64,000 nucleotides of DNA from Chrysomallon squamiferum (lineage: Eukaryota; Animalia; Mollusca). Location of the stretch: NCBI GenBank assembly GCA_012295275.1, contig CM022670.1, positions 7,812,001 to 7,876,000 of the forward strand, written 5' to 3'. This document shows, piece after piece, positions 1 to 13,092 of the stretch. A model generated the notes under the pieces. That model did no database searches. It was given only the letters and a program-made list of their open reading frames with translations, and was not told where the DNA came from. Position 1 is the first letter of the stretch; each line of letters starts with the position of its first letter. The position numbers and the translations under genes are program-made.

Positions 1-2993
1 TTGTAGGGCGTGGCTCCCCAGTCGTGACTTCGATCTGGAGTACTCTTGTTAGCAATGAGACTGGAGTCAGGACCGTAACAACACTGATTACCTGCTCCTT
101 TTGAACTGAAATAGATCATAAATTATGTATACATCAATATTTGTATATCAGATTATGGTGTCATTTATTAATGTAATAATTCATGCAAAGCACACAAAAT
201 GTGAAATACACTTCAGATGAATTTCTTTCTTGCTAAAATAAATTATCCCAGTATATACTAAATACTTCCAAGCTTTGCTTAATTTTTTATTTATTTACTT
301 TTTAAGAAAGCAGTTTATCAGTATTATTTTTCTTTCATGCTTCGTTGATAGCAACGGTTCTAGTATTTTAATACAAACGTAGGTTTGAAGGAACGAGCGC
401 AGTGAACTGAAGGTTTGTGTAAGTTGCAGTTTGTCTCGCTGTTGCTGTAGATGTTGCAGGCGTCGTCTTGTTGCCAACGTCCAAAGTCTGAAATGGCTTG
501 CTCCATCGTGGTAGGACACGGCAGAAGATCTTCCAACCAAGAGTTGTCTTTCTTGTCCTCGTCGTGCCATTTGTTACATCTGACATCAGTCCAGTTACTT
601 CCATATTGTGACGTCATGTTGTCAGATATAAACCAGCCTATAGGTGTTATTTTACTGGTCAAGGCACTAAAGTGTAACAAAACTCAAAATTATGCATGGG
701 TGTTTGTGAGTGTGTGATTAAAGTATAAATAAAATTATATTTAAGATATTATTTATGTTGTTCTTGTTATTATTTATACAAAATAAAAGTATAATAAATA
801 TATATTTAAGATATTATTCATGTTGCTCCTGTTATGTCTTATTCAAAGATAAAAGTATAACTAAATATATGTTTAAGATATTATTTATGTTTCTCTGGTT
901 ATTTTATACATAAAGACAAAAATATAAATAAATCTATATTTAAGATGTTATTTATGCTGTTTTTGTTGTTTTTTATATAAAAGTATAAATAAATTTACAT
1001 TTAATATATTATTTATGTTGTTATTTATATAAAGATAAAAGTATAACTAAATATATGTTTAATAAGTTATTTATGTTGTTCCCCTTATTTTGTTTAAAGA
1101 TAAAAGTATAAATAAATATATATTTAAGTTATTACTTATGTTATTCTTGTTATTTTGTATATAAAGATCAATATAAACAGTTCAGCCACATTTAGCGTTA
1201 CACTCATTATCTTTATATTACAATGAAGACAGGAGTTGAAATGCATGAATCAAATTACAAAATTGTAAAGAATTAACACTGATTCTATTAAATATCACTT
1301 ACACATGAGTATTTGAATATTCCCAGTCTTTTTTTCTTAAACCAACTTCAATCGCTCCAATATCAAAATTACATCTGTCACCTGAACATCGATGTTGTGA
1401 AGGTGAAAATGAAAATGTTCCAGAGTTTTTGACTTGATTTCCTAGAGTTGTTAGTTCTCTCCATTCTGTCTGTTGAAAATGTGATAATATTTTACTCATA
1501 AAAATAATTAATGATTAATATCAGATACAGATGTACTTGTAGTATTATATAATTGATAAATTTTCTTGTTGTAACATATCACAAATATATCTATGTACAT
1601 GTGTATTATATAATTGATAAATTTACTTATTGTAACATATCACAAACATATCTATCTATATGTGTATTATATAACTGATAAATTTTCTTGTTGTAACATA
1701 TCACAAATATATCTATCTATATGTGATATTAATATTTCACTGAAACATCTACATGTGGTAATTTGATCCACTGACCTCGTTTTCCGTTTCTCTGTATCCG
1801 ATTAACTTTACATCTACAGACACAGTGTTATTGTTTGAAATAAGACTTGAATTCCAAGTTAGGGTCAGATTAGTTGGATTAATATCTGTCCATTGTTGAT
1901 CTTTGTTTCCTTTTTCTAGCTTCACCTTGTATGGATATCTTCCCATTAGTGCTGAAACAGTCAATCAGTATACTTCATGTATTTAAAAAAACAGTATGGT
2001 TATTTCAGTTTTTTACGGCAATGTTTTTCTTGGGGATTTTTTTGTACCTAGTTTTTAATCATTAATGATAATGGTGATATAACAACATCAACAACAAAAT
2101 CAATAAAAATAACAACAGTAAATTGTATCAAAGTATTTTTGACATTTCACTTACCGATAGTTATTGTTGAGTTCAAGCAATTTCCGTGGACACAGAATGA
2201 AATTCGAGTTTCTCCGCGTTGAGTTAGCCTGGGCACGGGACAGCGAGCGTGTGCTGAATTCACCCTGAGTGCAGGTTTCTCTACTGTCTTACTGGAACCA
2301 AACTTGCATGTTATGTTTGCGTGTTCAGGTACAGAGAGATTTCCAGAGATATCCAGCATCCGTCCACCAAGAACAGGAGCGTAGCTCGGAGTAATCTCTA
2401 AAGCATTGCTCTCTGTAATTTGTAAACTTCAGACTAAAGATACTTGTAGCCGCTGTCCTTTTTTTGAAATTATTATTTATTTCTTTACGTTTTCGCAAGA
2501 AAAATAGCAAACCAGACTGATATATAGAAAGAGAAGGTACCTATGTGAATGGCATAATATTTCTTTAAAATTATAATTGCGTTCTTATATTCTACAGATT
2601 GTTACTTATAATAATAACAATAATAATAATAAAACCATTACTACTGCTACTACTGCATTTACTGCTATTACTACCACCACCACCACTATTAATACTACAC
2701 TATTACTACTAATAATAACAACACGACTAATAATAATGATGATGACAATGACATTGATTATGATGATGATGATTAAGATGATGATGATTATTATTATTAT
2801 TATTATTATTAATACTATTATTATTCTAGATGTTGTTATCATCATCATCATCATTATCAAAAATTATAATTACGTGCTTATTTTCTATAAATTATTACTC
2901 ATTGTACAATTATTACTACTACTACTAGTAGTAGTAGTAACAACAATAAAAACACAACTAATAATAATGATGATGATGATGATGATGATGATG

Positions 2994-3050
<57 letters not shown>

Positions 3051-3158
3051 AACAAGAGAAAGAAAGACAACTGCTATATAAATAGTGTTATAAAAACTCT
3101 ACTCACTCTGTACTGACTGCACAACGGTTAAAAACACGCCTATCAGAATGAGGAACAT
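1..3158 (-). CDS. Copy D: NIDO-less Mesh/SUSD2-like paralog, close duplicate of copy C; 3' part lies outside the window
   Basis: Exons 3158-3107 (signal peptide identical to C), 2412-2155 (IPT), 1951-1776, 1469-1303, 666-379 (AMOP) and 105-<1 ([13 protein letters not shown]). Introns are also alignable to copy C. Confidence 0.88.
715..1175. repeat. AT-rich tandem repeat of about 55 bp in a copy D intron (counterpart at 12690-13590 in copy C)
   Basis: Recurrent AAAGTATAAATAAATATATTTAAGATATTATTTATGTTGTT units. Confidence 0.8.
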
Positions 3159-3635
3159 ATCGTGCTGAACAGTATCTGCACGACAAACACAATAATCAGT
3201 TTAGTTTTACATGTTACATGTATATGTGTGTGTGATAAGGAAGTTCTTCTAAACACTTCACAGTCGTGTTTTACCACTCAAACTTTGAAAGTGTTTTTTT
3301 TTGTTGTTGTTGTTGTTGTTTTTTTAACAATAAAAACAGATCGTGTCTTATTAAGAGATAATTGTATTCCATTGTGTTTACAGAATATTTTATAACTCAT
3401 CCTCTTTTTTTTTTCTTTTTTTTTTTTAAATAAACGTTTTTAAATGGAGCCTTATTAAGAGATAATTGTATTCCAGTGTGTTTACAGAATATTTTATAAT
3501 TCATCCTCTTTTTTTTTTCTTTTTTTTTTTAAATAAACGTTTTTAAATGGAGCCTTATTAAGAGATAATTGTATTCCAATGTATTTAGAGTACATTTTAT
3601 AACGCATACTTTTTTATTTATAAAACTTTATTAAT

Positions 3636-3703
<68 letters not shown>

Positions 3704-4182
3704 CAATAACAACTGCAAACAGAGAGATACGTACAAGCGTTACAGATATGAGCACACACACACACACACAAACATAGGTTCGATTCCAAAAGGGGAAGTA
3801 AAGAGTAAAAGCTTCCACATGACAACTGGATACATCCAGTTTGAGATGTTGTTGTTGTTTTCAATGGCGGATCTAAGAACTTCGTCAGGGCAGATCAGTT
3901 TCAGGGGTAAATTTTCGCTTTTACCTCGGAAGTAAATGTCATGATTATTGGACACGAGGAAGTTAGTGCATTATGATGTGGGTTGAATATAGAGCGCAGG
4001 ATAACATCATTCAGCTATGGTATCTAGCGCTCGAATAATTACATAATTAAGTCAGTGATGTGGTTTAGCATTCAGAAGATCTGGAAGTTTGATTTTCCGG
4101 ACAACATTTGCCCCCTGTAGTCCATTAAATGAGAGGTTGACTATACTTGAAGAATGTGATTGTATATAAATATATATATGAA

Positions 4183-4931
4183 TAGTGGTACCTTGACTTA
4201 CGAGTTTAATTCGTTCCGTGACCGCGGGGCTTGTATCTCAGTTTGCTTGTATATCAATTTTCCAAACTGAAATTAACTGAAATACCATTAATCCGATCCA
4301 GCCACCCCATTTTTATTTTTATTTTTACTTTTATTTGACTTCTTTTTAAATAAGAAATATGTATTTATAAATGACAAATATTGAATAAAAAAAATAAAAA
4401 AAATAAAGGAGAATGTAAAGAAATAAATTGGTTTTGACAAACTATTTAACGCCTTTGGCTGGAGTTACAGCCTTTATCCACTCCTTCTGCTTCAGTATGG
4501 TACATATCGTAGAAGTACTATCCTCGTACCGCCTAGCCAAGTCGACTACACGCACACCTCGTTCATGTTTTTCTATGAATTCAAGCTTTAATTCAATGGA
4601 CATCATCCGCTTCTTCTCAGCACTGTCGTTTGCAATCGCTTCCTTAGGATCCATGACGAGTAAAAGGAAATTTGGCAAAATACTGCACAAAACGCGTACA
4701 CAACACAACAGAGATGCTTCCACAGTGAGGTAACTATGTGAAGTAGACGAGTGAAACGCTGGCTGTTGGCCGGATGTTAAGTTGTTCATTGCGCCATCTA
4801 GCGGCGATGTATCTGAAGCTCGCTCCTTACTAGGATTCTGGCTCGAAACTCAAAGCAAAAATTCGACCGGGCCACTGCCCATAGTTCGAAAATATCGTAA
4901 GATGGGGCACTCGTAAGTCGAGGTACCACTA
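4183..4931 (-). mobile_element. Internally deleted Tigger/pogo (Tc1/mariner superfamily) DNA transposon
   Basis: 23-bp TIRs TAGTGGTACCTTGACTTACGAGT and ACTCGTAAGTCGAGGTACCACTA (1 mismatch). Internal minus-strand ORF MDPKEAIANDSAEKKRMMSIELKLEFIEKHERGVRVVDLARRYEDSTSTICTILKQKEWIK (4442-4654) resembles the CENP-B/psq N-terminal HTH of Tigger transposases. No DDE domain. The element is absent from paralogous blocks near 19560-19650 and 24200-24270. Confidence 0.9.
4791..4806 (-). promoter_or_regulatory. CTCF-like motif inside the Tigger element
   Basis: The minus strand reads CGCCGCTAGATGGCGC, close to the CTCF core CCASYAGRKGGCRS. Confidence 0.4.
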
Positions 4932-6624
4932 TATTTGTGCGTATGTATGTATGTATGTATGTATGTATGTATGTATGTATGTATGTATGTATGTATGTAT
5001 CTATGTATGTTTGTATGTAAGTATGTATTTATGTATGCATGTATGTATGTGTACATGTAAATATCACTAATATTACAAGTTTAATCTCAAAGTTGAACAG
5101 TCACTGATGTACCAAAATAACTAGTAGCTAATTACGTAATAGCATGAATCACATTTTAAACAAATGAACTGAATTACAAAATTAATAGCTCTAAATGATT
5201 ATTTCCGTCTCCAAAAAATAACTCTGAATGCTTAAATATATATTATAAATCAAAATATATATTATGTAAAAGCGTAAATAGGTATTCTGATACGTACATT
5301 ATATTAAGTTTCATTTGTATGAAAAATAAATGACCTTGAACGTAGACCTTAACAACTGCATAACCTCTAAAAAAAACTTTTCCTTAGCAGTGCTGTTGTT
5401 AATACTACAAAAAGCTTGAAGCTGAAGAACAGATGATGTTTGTTAGTCGTTTAGAGGGGCGTTTGAATTCTTTTCTATAAATAAAGATATGATCGCGTGA
5501 GAACCAGGAAGAGTCACTGAACATATATCAAAATTCAGCAAGACTTTGATTAATTCTTTGATAATAGAATATTTACTGTTCTTTTGTATTCTCACAGTAC
5601 ATAATACTTTAAAAAAAAAAAGAATAGAAAAAAAGAAGTATTAATTAAATTATTATTTTCTGTCGTTTGTTCTAGCATATAGTTATATATATATATATAT
5701 GTATATAAATATATGTATATATATAAACGGATAAGAAATAACTTATATATATATTAATTCCAATATGTTTACTTAATGAAAATTCATTCGAGGTTTTATA
5801 TATGGATTTCTGCAAATGATTCATAATGATTCAAAATTAATCATGGAATTTAGTAATATTATTATTATTAACATTACCAGCCTGGTGAACTGCAATTAAT
5901 TACAAAGAAATGAAACATAAGTATAAAAGATCATTATCTACAAAAAGAAAATAATGTAACTATAAAAGCCTGTTACGGAATTTTTTTTTCAAAGAAATGT
6001 GGGTTATAATATAATGAATGAAAATTAATTACTAACACTTTCTCCTCCATTGCTACCGTTTGTTTACGAAACGTTCTCCTGATTAGTTGTAACATCCGCC
6101 GCTAGACAACAACGACTACTGAAGAAAGATTCAGATGCGCAATTTACGTGCTTTACTATCTCTAAGTGGATGAATCGTATAGTCAAGTACAGTCAGTTAC
6201 ACTATAACTGTTAACTTCCGTCATTAAACCCTGTGTCTATTCTTTGTTATTTGATATAGCGCAAAACATCGACATAGATGAAGAAAATGGTTACTACACA
6301 GATCTGTCTTAATTTAACTTCTACTTCTTGTATAATCCCGCTTCACATATGTAACAAACTGTATTTAAGTGTTCTGTCTGCAGAATATAGGTTTATAGCA
6401 GATAACAGAGAATGCTATATAATTGTCAGATTATGAAAATGTAGAAGATGATTAATAATCTTTGTTTAGATCTTTGTTTAGAAACGGTAACTGAAAATGA
6501 TATTTTGGCCGAGAACATAACTATTTCAGTATATATGGCACAATCTGAAAAGACTATTTCAAAACATAGTATAGAGTGAAAAGACGTCGTCTAAACGTGG
6601 CACAGTCTTTTAAGTTAATTAATA

Positions 6625-6673
6625 CTAATCAACGATCATTACCTCTGTTTCTCAGTGTTTGATCCTTCACTCC
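6625..6673 (-). pseudogene. Relic cytoplasmic-tail exon downstream of copy C
   Basis: Aligns codon for codon with the B terminal exon 25945-25897 but has two in-frame TGA stops (E*RIKH*ETEVMIVD*). The flanking 3'UTR-like sequence 5900-6620 aligns with 25200-25890. Confidence 0.8.
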
Positions 6674-6937
6674 CTACAAAATAATAATTAAAAAAAAACA
6701 TAATTACTTTTTTATAATATTTTTAAATGTAAATTAATTTAAAATATAATTTCAGGGATGCATTTCAAAAGAGTATGGAATTTTAACATTATGCATAATC
6801 ATTTAATAATATTAGTAATAGCAGGGGCAACATCACTAATAATAAATAAATAAATGATTTTTCTTATTTATAGAACTGTATCTACTTAAATAATTCGTAT
6901 TTTTATTTATGTAAAATTATTTACACAAAATCCCTAC

Positions 6938-7023
6938 CCCAGTTCCTGCTAGTGCTATCACATTTATCGGTATCATTGTTATAATTACAACACCATTGTC
7001 AGCATTGTCATTAAATATTTTAT
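6938..7023 (-). pseudogene. Possible degenerate transmembrane exon relic of copy C
   Basis: An AG...GT-bounded segment reads KIFNDNADNGVVIITMIPINVIALAGTG at the position where the TM exon lies in copy B. Sequence similarity is weak. Confidence 0.4.
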
Positions 7024-7695
7024 CTACACAGATTGAATCTCTTCAAGATCTCTGCACGTATCTGAAAAAAACTGGTAACTTCCAGCTAAGAGAATATTCT
7101 CATCAACAAAGATTTACAGTTATTCTGTTATCAATCACACATGAGTTCACGATAATGCAAATTGAATGGAAAAAAAAAAAAAATCATTATATATCTTAAG
7201 CTAAGTGTGTTGCAGCTATATTTACATTATTCCAAGGGAAGAAACTCCAGTTAGATAAAAATTGCAAAGTGTTTTTTTTTTTTTTGTTTGTTATAAATAT
7301 GTTTTGTACGTATATTAAACAATAATAACTATCCGACTTGCGTCGTAAACTTCAGTTTTGAAATTTATGTTAAAATATGTTTCACTCATGAAAATAGGAG
7401 ACAGAAAAGTTTGTTAGAAAAAATCTTTAGCTGTACGTCATGCAATATAAATGTGTGTATACAGCTATACAAAAACACAACAACAACAATAACAACAACA
7501 ACAACAACAACAACAACAATAATAATAATAATAATAATAACAACAATATATGTATTACTATTGTTATTGTTGTTACCGTTATAATATATATTCGAAAATA
7601 AAAAAATAATAAATAAGAAAATAAATAAATAAGGCAACAAATAAATCAGTACAAATAGATAACAACACAAAAACAGAGTTTTAATTTCAGGATAA

Positions 7696-7701
7696 TTTAT
7701 T
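7696..7701 (-). terminator. Putative polyadenylation signal for the GPI-type terminal exon of copy C
   Basis: AATAAA about 225 nt after the TGA, followed by a GT-rich stretch (CTCTGTTTTTGTGTTGTT) on the minus strand. The AT-rich background lowers specificity. Confidence 0.4.
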
Positions 7702-7924
7702 CACCAGTTCGTTTACACGTAAGATTTGATCATCAGACATCAGTATTGGTAGGAAGCTACCAAACGTCATCATTAGTTTGTGTTGATTACACAGTGAGAG
7801 ATCAGAATTCAGCAAACAGGTATTTTACAAAGATGACAACATATTCGCAGATATTCATGAATTTTAGATAGGAAATTTGTTGATAATGACAACATGAATG
7901 TTCATATTTAGCACTTTAGAACGT

Positions 7925-8035
7925 TCATTGAACATTTTCTGAAACGTAAAGCCAAGAGAACAACGCCAAAGCCAAACAAGGCAACAACATAATGTTTACT
8001 TTCACACCTGGAAAGTAAAGAAATATATATATGTA

Positions 8036-8067
<32 letters not shown>

Positions 8068-8408
8068 GTGTGTGTGTGTGTGTGTGATAGAGAGTGTGTG
8101 TGTGTATATTAAATATATAAACATATATATTAAATATATACACATATAAATGTAGACATATACACACACATATATATATACACACACACACTCACTATAT
8201 ATAATATATACACATATAAATGTAGACATATACACACATATATATATACACACACACACTCACTATATATAATATATACACATATAAATGTAGACATATA
8301 CACACATATATATACACACACACTCACTATATATACTATATCATTTATGAAAAGGTTATATATGTGTATATATACGTAAAAGATAAAGAAAGATATATAT
8401 GTTCGTGC

Positions 8409-8505
<97 letters not shown>

Positions 8506-9635
8506 TAGATAGATAGATAGATGTGTATGTGTGTATATATATATAGGTATAGATATAGATATAGACATATGCATTTATATATATATAGATATATATAGAT
8601 TGATAGATAGATAGATATACAGATAGATAGATAGATAGATAGATAGATACACAGAGATAGACAGAAACGCATACACATATGCATATTAAAGACGTATAAT
8701 TATTTTGTTCATGTTATTTTGGGACGTATTTTATTTCTAAATCTTTATATACAAGTACGATTAAATATCAAAACTCACTTGCTGAGCTATATCTTGACTC
8801 TGAAAGAAAATGATAAGTTAATTATCGTGAAATTCTTCTAAATGTTCTTTCTCATTATGTATGTACATTTACTATAGGCTAAATAATTTTCAGAATTTAC
8901 AAGTACAATTTTTTCGATTAAACCAGTTTTTAATAGTAATCAAGTAAGCCACGAAGATACATCTACTCGCTCACTTTTCTTTATTGTGATTATTATTGTG
9001 GTTGTTGTCGTTTTAGTTGTTGTTGGGTTTTTTGGGAGGTTAACTGTTTTGGGGGGTTGTTGTTGTTGTTGTTTTTTGTTTGTTTCTTTGTTTGTTTCTT
9101 TGTTTTATATTATAATGTTTTTTTTTGTTGTTTTTTTTACTTTTTGATTTTTTTTTTTTTTTTTTTTTGTTGATAATCTGACGTCATTGCCTAAGAGAAA
9201 TGAAGAAAAAAATCACTGTTATTTGATAGTTAATTAGCCATACATTTTCATGGGTTTGTACAGAAATTATTTAGTAAAATAGAAATATGCCAGATTCTGT
9301 ATATTCCAACTAAATTATTTTATTATTTTCAAACTTTGTTTTTACTTAAGGATCGAGGCGAATAATACAAAATATACAATCATTTTTAAAAAGAGTAAAA
9401 TTTCAGGTATTTAATCAGCATTTTAAATTCTTTTATATAAGTTAATAAAAACTCAGAACTGCATGTAAATGTAGCTTTCTCAATTTGTTCTCACATTTTT
9501 AGTTAACTGAAGATTCATTTAAACACGATCTCTCTCTGCTCTTCATTCATACTTACTTAGTGCAGCCAGATCTACAGACACACTCTTCCTGAACAGCTTT
9601 TCTTCTTCACCGACAGCCCCTGAAAAGAAGGAATA

Positions 9636-9675
<40 letters not shown>

Positions 9676-12624
9676 GAGCAGTAGCAATAGCAGTGGTCGT
9701 GATAATGACAATAACAATAACAATAACTTTTAATATTTTTATCGTTGGTATCATTATAATAATTGTTATTATTGTTATTATTATTATTATTACTATTATT
9801 ATTATGATTATTATTATTATTATATATATATATTATTATTATATCATTATTATTATTGTTATTATCACTATGATGATTATGAATAGTAGTAGTACTAGAA
9901 GTATAATAGTAGTAGTAGTAGTTGTAGTAGTCTTATGTTTTTTGTTGTTTTTATTGTTAATGTTATTATTTTGATCATAGTAGTAATAGTAGTTTTTGTA
10001 TTATTATTATTATTGCAATTATTACTATTCTTCTAAATAGTGTTTTTATATTGATGTTATTGTTATCATACTTTTATAATTATTATTCTTGCTATTGGTA
10101 TATTTGTTGTGATTATTAGCAGTAGTAGTACTAGTAGCAGAAGTAATAGTAGTAGTATGTTATTGAAGTACGTATCATCATCATCATTGTTTTTTCCATC
10201 TATCTTCCATGCATTCAGAAACAGATATATAAACACCATACAAATGAGCAACATGAGATAACGGTTTATTACATATACTGAATAAAATCTGCAACCAAAA
10301 CACTTACATGGATGTTCTCCACTGTTAACTTTCCGATCATCTTCCTTATTATCATTCCATGAACCTAGTAATCCTCCATAGAAATTTCCAGTATTCTGTA
10401 TACAAAAAAAAAAACGAATAGTTAAATATTGGCAACTTTATTTTCTCACAACAGTTTTAGATGCATTTTCATCCATAACAGTCAGCGTTTATTTCTGTTA
10501 CATTTGGAATAAAATTAATTAAATGCATCGAAATTAATTACACTAGCAACACTCTACCTTAAACTCTGGTGGAAAATTCACATCCAGTTTTGGTGGGTAT
10601 CTGTTTGCATCTATTCTAACACCAACTTCTGAACTGAATATCATTATGAAGATTCCATGACGATCAAGACTGGTCTTTGGTTCTTCTGTTATGACAGTAA
10701 CACCTGCACCATATATACGATGTTTATCACAAAATAATATTTAAAATTTATATATATATATATATACACACACACACAAACACACACATACATTTATATA
10801 ATATATACATGTACACACACACGCACACACTCACAAAATATATATATATATATAAACAAAATGCAGAAGTGTAAACATTTACCTCTGAAATCTTGCATTG
10901 TTAGAGGCTCCTCATCAAAGAATTTGACTTCATCGTCAACGTAGACAAGTAGACGATGATGAGTTGACACATTTGACGGAGAGAGGTGAATCTCAACAGT
11001 TTGACTGTGTTTACCTTTCACAGCCACAGCAGTCAGAACTGCCTCCTCATTCAGCTCTGTGAAAATAAAACACATTTCAGAGTTCACCTCTCACATTATT
11101 CCAGTATAAAAGTGTATCACTGTGAAGATATGAAGAGATTGGCTATATCTGAATGCATTTGTATGACCAGTCTTCATAATGAACACCATATCAATAATTA
11201 GTAAACGTTTATTTTCATTTATGTCAAATCTCTTCAAGAAGCACGCATAACTTATAACTATGACATATCTGAAGGTTTCTCTTACTTTTAAACCGCCCTT
11301 GTATCAAGATACTTTCAGATTTGTACAACCATACATCATCTTCTTCATCCAAGTTATACTCTAATCCATCGAAGGTCTTCACGATACTAGATACTGATGC
11401 TGCACATATATATATATATTCACATATTAAATATACATATATACATACACACATACATATATTTATGCGTCAATACATGCACTCGTACATATTAATATAT
11501 GTTTATATTTAGTGGTAGATCAAAGAGCTGAAATAAACAATTATTAAATTCTTTTCCAAACCACTGTTTTATTTATTTCTAGTAACCATTAAATATATTT
11601 ATAGCTGCCATGGCGTCATATAATTAATTGTATGTTAAAAATGAATGCACTGCATTATTAAATAAAATTTTTTTACTTTTTTTCTCTTTACTTAGCTCTA
11701 TATATCTTTATATAAGTATATTTTTATTTATTTGTTTGTTTGTTTGTTTGTTTGTTTGTTTGTGAGACACTAACCAAGTTTAGGACTTCTGTATGGAGGT
11801 GTGACTTTGGGTGGTCTCAGTTCTAAGTATTTATGTGTATTATTGCTCCACTTCATACAGAAGTAGACAGGTATGATGTCACGTATCCAGTGTGAAGCTG
11901 ATGGGACGTAGCCAGGTTTGTTGTAGGGCGTGGCTCCCCAGTCGTGACTTCGATCTGGAGTACTCTTGTTACCAAGGAGACTGGAGTCAGGACCGTAACA
12001 ACACTGATTACCTGCTCCTTTTGAACTGAAACAAATCATAAATTATAATATTTTACAATATGTGTATCAGATTGTGATGTCGTTTATTAATGCAATGAAC
12101 ATGGCAAAGCATTCTTATACAAAATGTGAAATGCACTTCAGATGAATTGCCTTCATGTTAAAATAAATTACCAAGGTGTATACTAAATACTTCCAAGTTA
12201 TCCTCATTTGTTTTCTATTTATTATTTAAGAAAACAATTTAACAGTATTATTTTTCTTTCATACATTGTTGATAGCAATGGTTCTAGTATTTTAATACAA
12301 ACGTGGGTTTGAAGGAACGAGCACAGTGAACTGAAGGTTTGTGTAAGTTGCAGTTTGTCTCGCTGTTGCTGTAGATGTTGCAGGCGTCGTCTTGTTGCCA
12401 ACGTCCAAAGTCTGAAATGGCTTGATCCATCGTGGTAGGACAAGGCAGAAGATCATTCAACCAAGAGTTGTCTTTCTTGTCCTCGTCGTGCCATTTGTTA
12501 CATCTATCATCAGGCCAGTTACTTCCATATTGGAACTTCATGTAGTCTGATATAAACCAGCCTATTGGTTTTATTCCACTGATCAAGGCACTACAGTATA
12601 ACAAAGCTCAACATTATACACAGG

Positions 12625-12663
<39 letters not shown>

Positions 12664-13021
12664 TTGTGTGTGTGGGGGGGGTGCGTGTGTGATTAAAGTA
12701 TAAATAAACATATATTTAAAATACTATTTATGTTGTTATATAAAGATAAAAGTTTAAATAAATATATATTTCAGATTTTATTTGTATTGTTCTTGTTATT
12801 TTTATATAAGGATCAAAATATAAATATATATATATATGCAAGATTTTATGTTGTTATTTTTTATATAAAGATAAAGTGTAACTAAATAAATATATATTCC
12901 TTGGGGGTTTTTTTCTGAATAGCGAAAAACCGCGAAATGCAGTTTTTTATTTAGAGTACTAAATGCTTCCCAAAAAAGACACTCTTACTCATTAATAAAT
13001 AAATAAATGCATGCAGTTATG

Positions 13022-13092
<71 letters not shown>

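Noticed and set aside
295-717. Overlapping alternative-frame and antisense ORFs over AMOP exons (also 12222-12443, 47402-47644, 48126-48508)
   Set aside because: These are shadows of GC-richer true exons; only one frame fits the splice phases and domain motifs.
2577-3116. Long low-complexity ORFs (poly-I/M/T, RERE, YIYI, SLSL) here and at 8130-8684, 16671-17024, 41911-42355 and 49627-50241
   Set aside because: They are translations of microsatellites, not genes.
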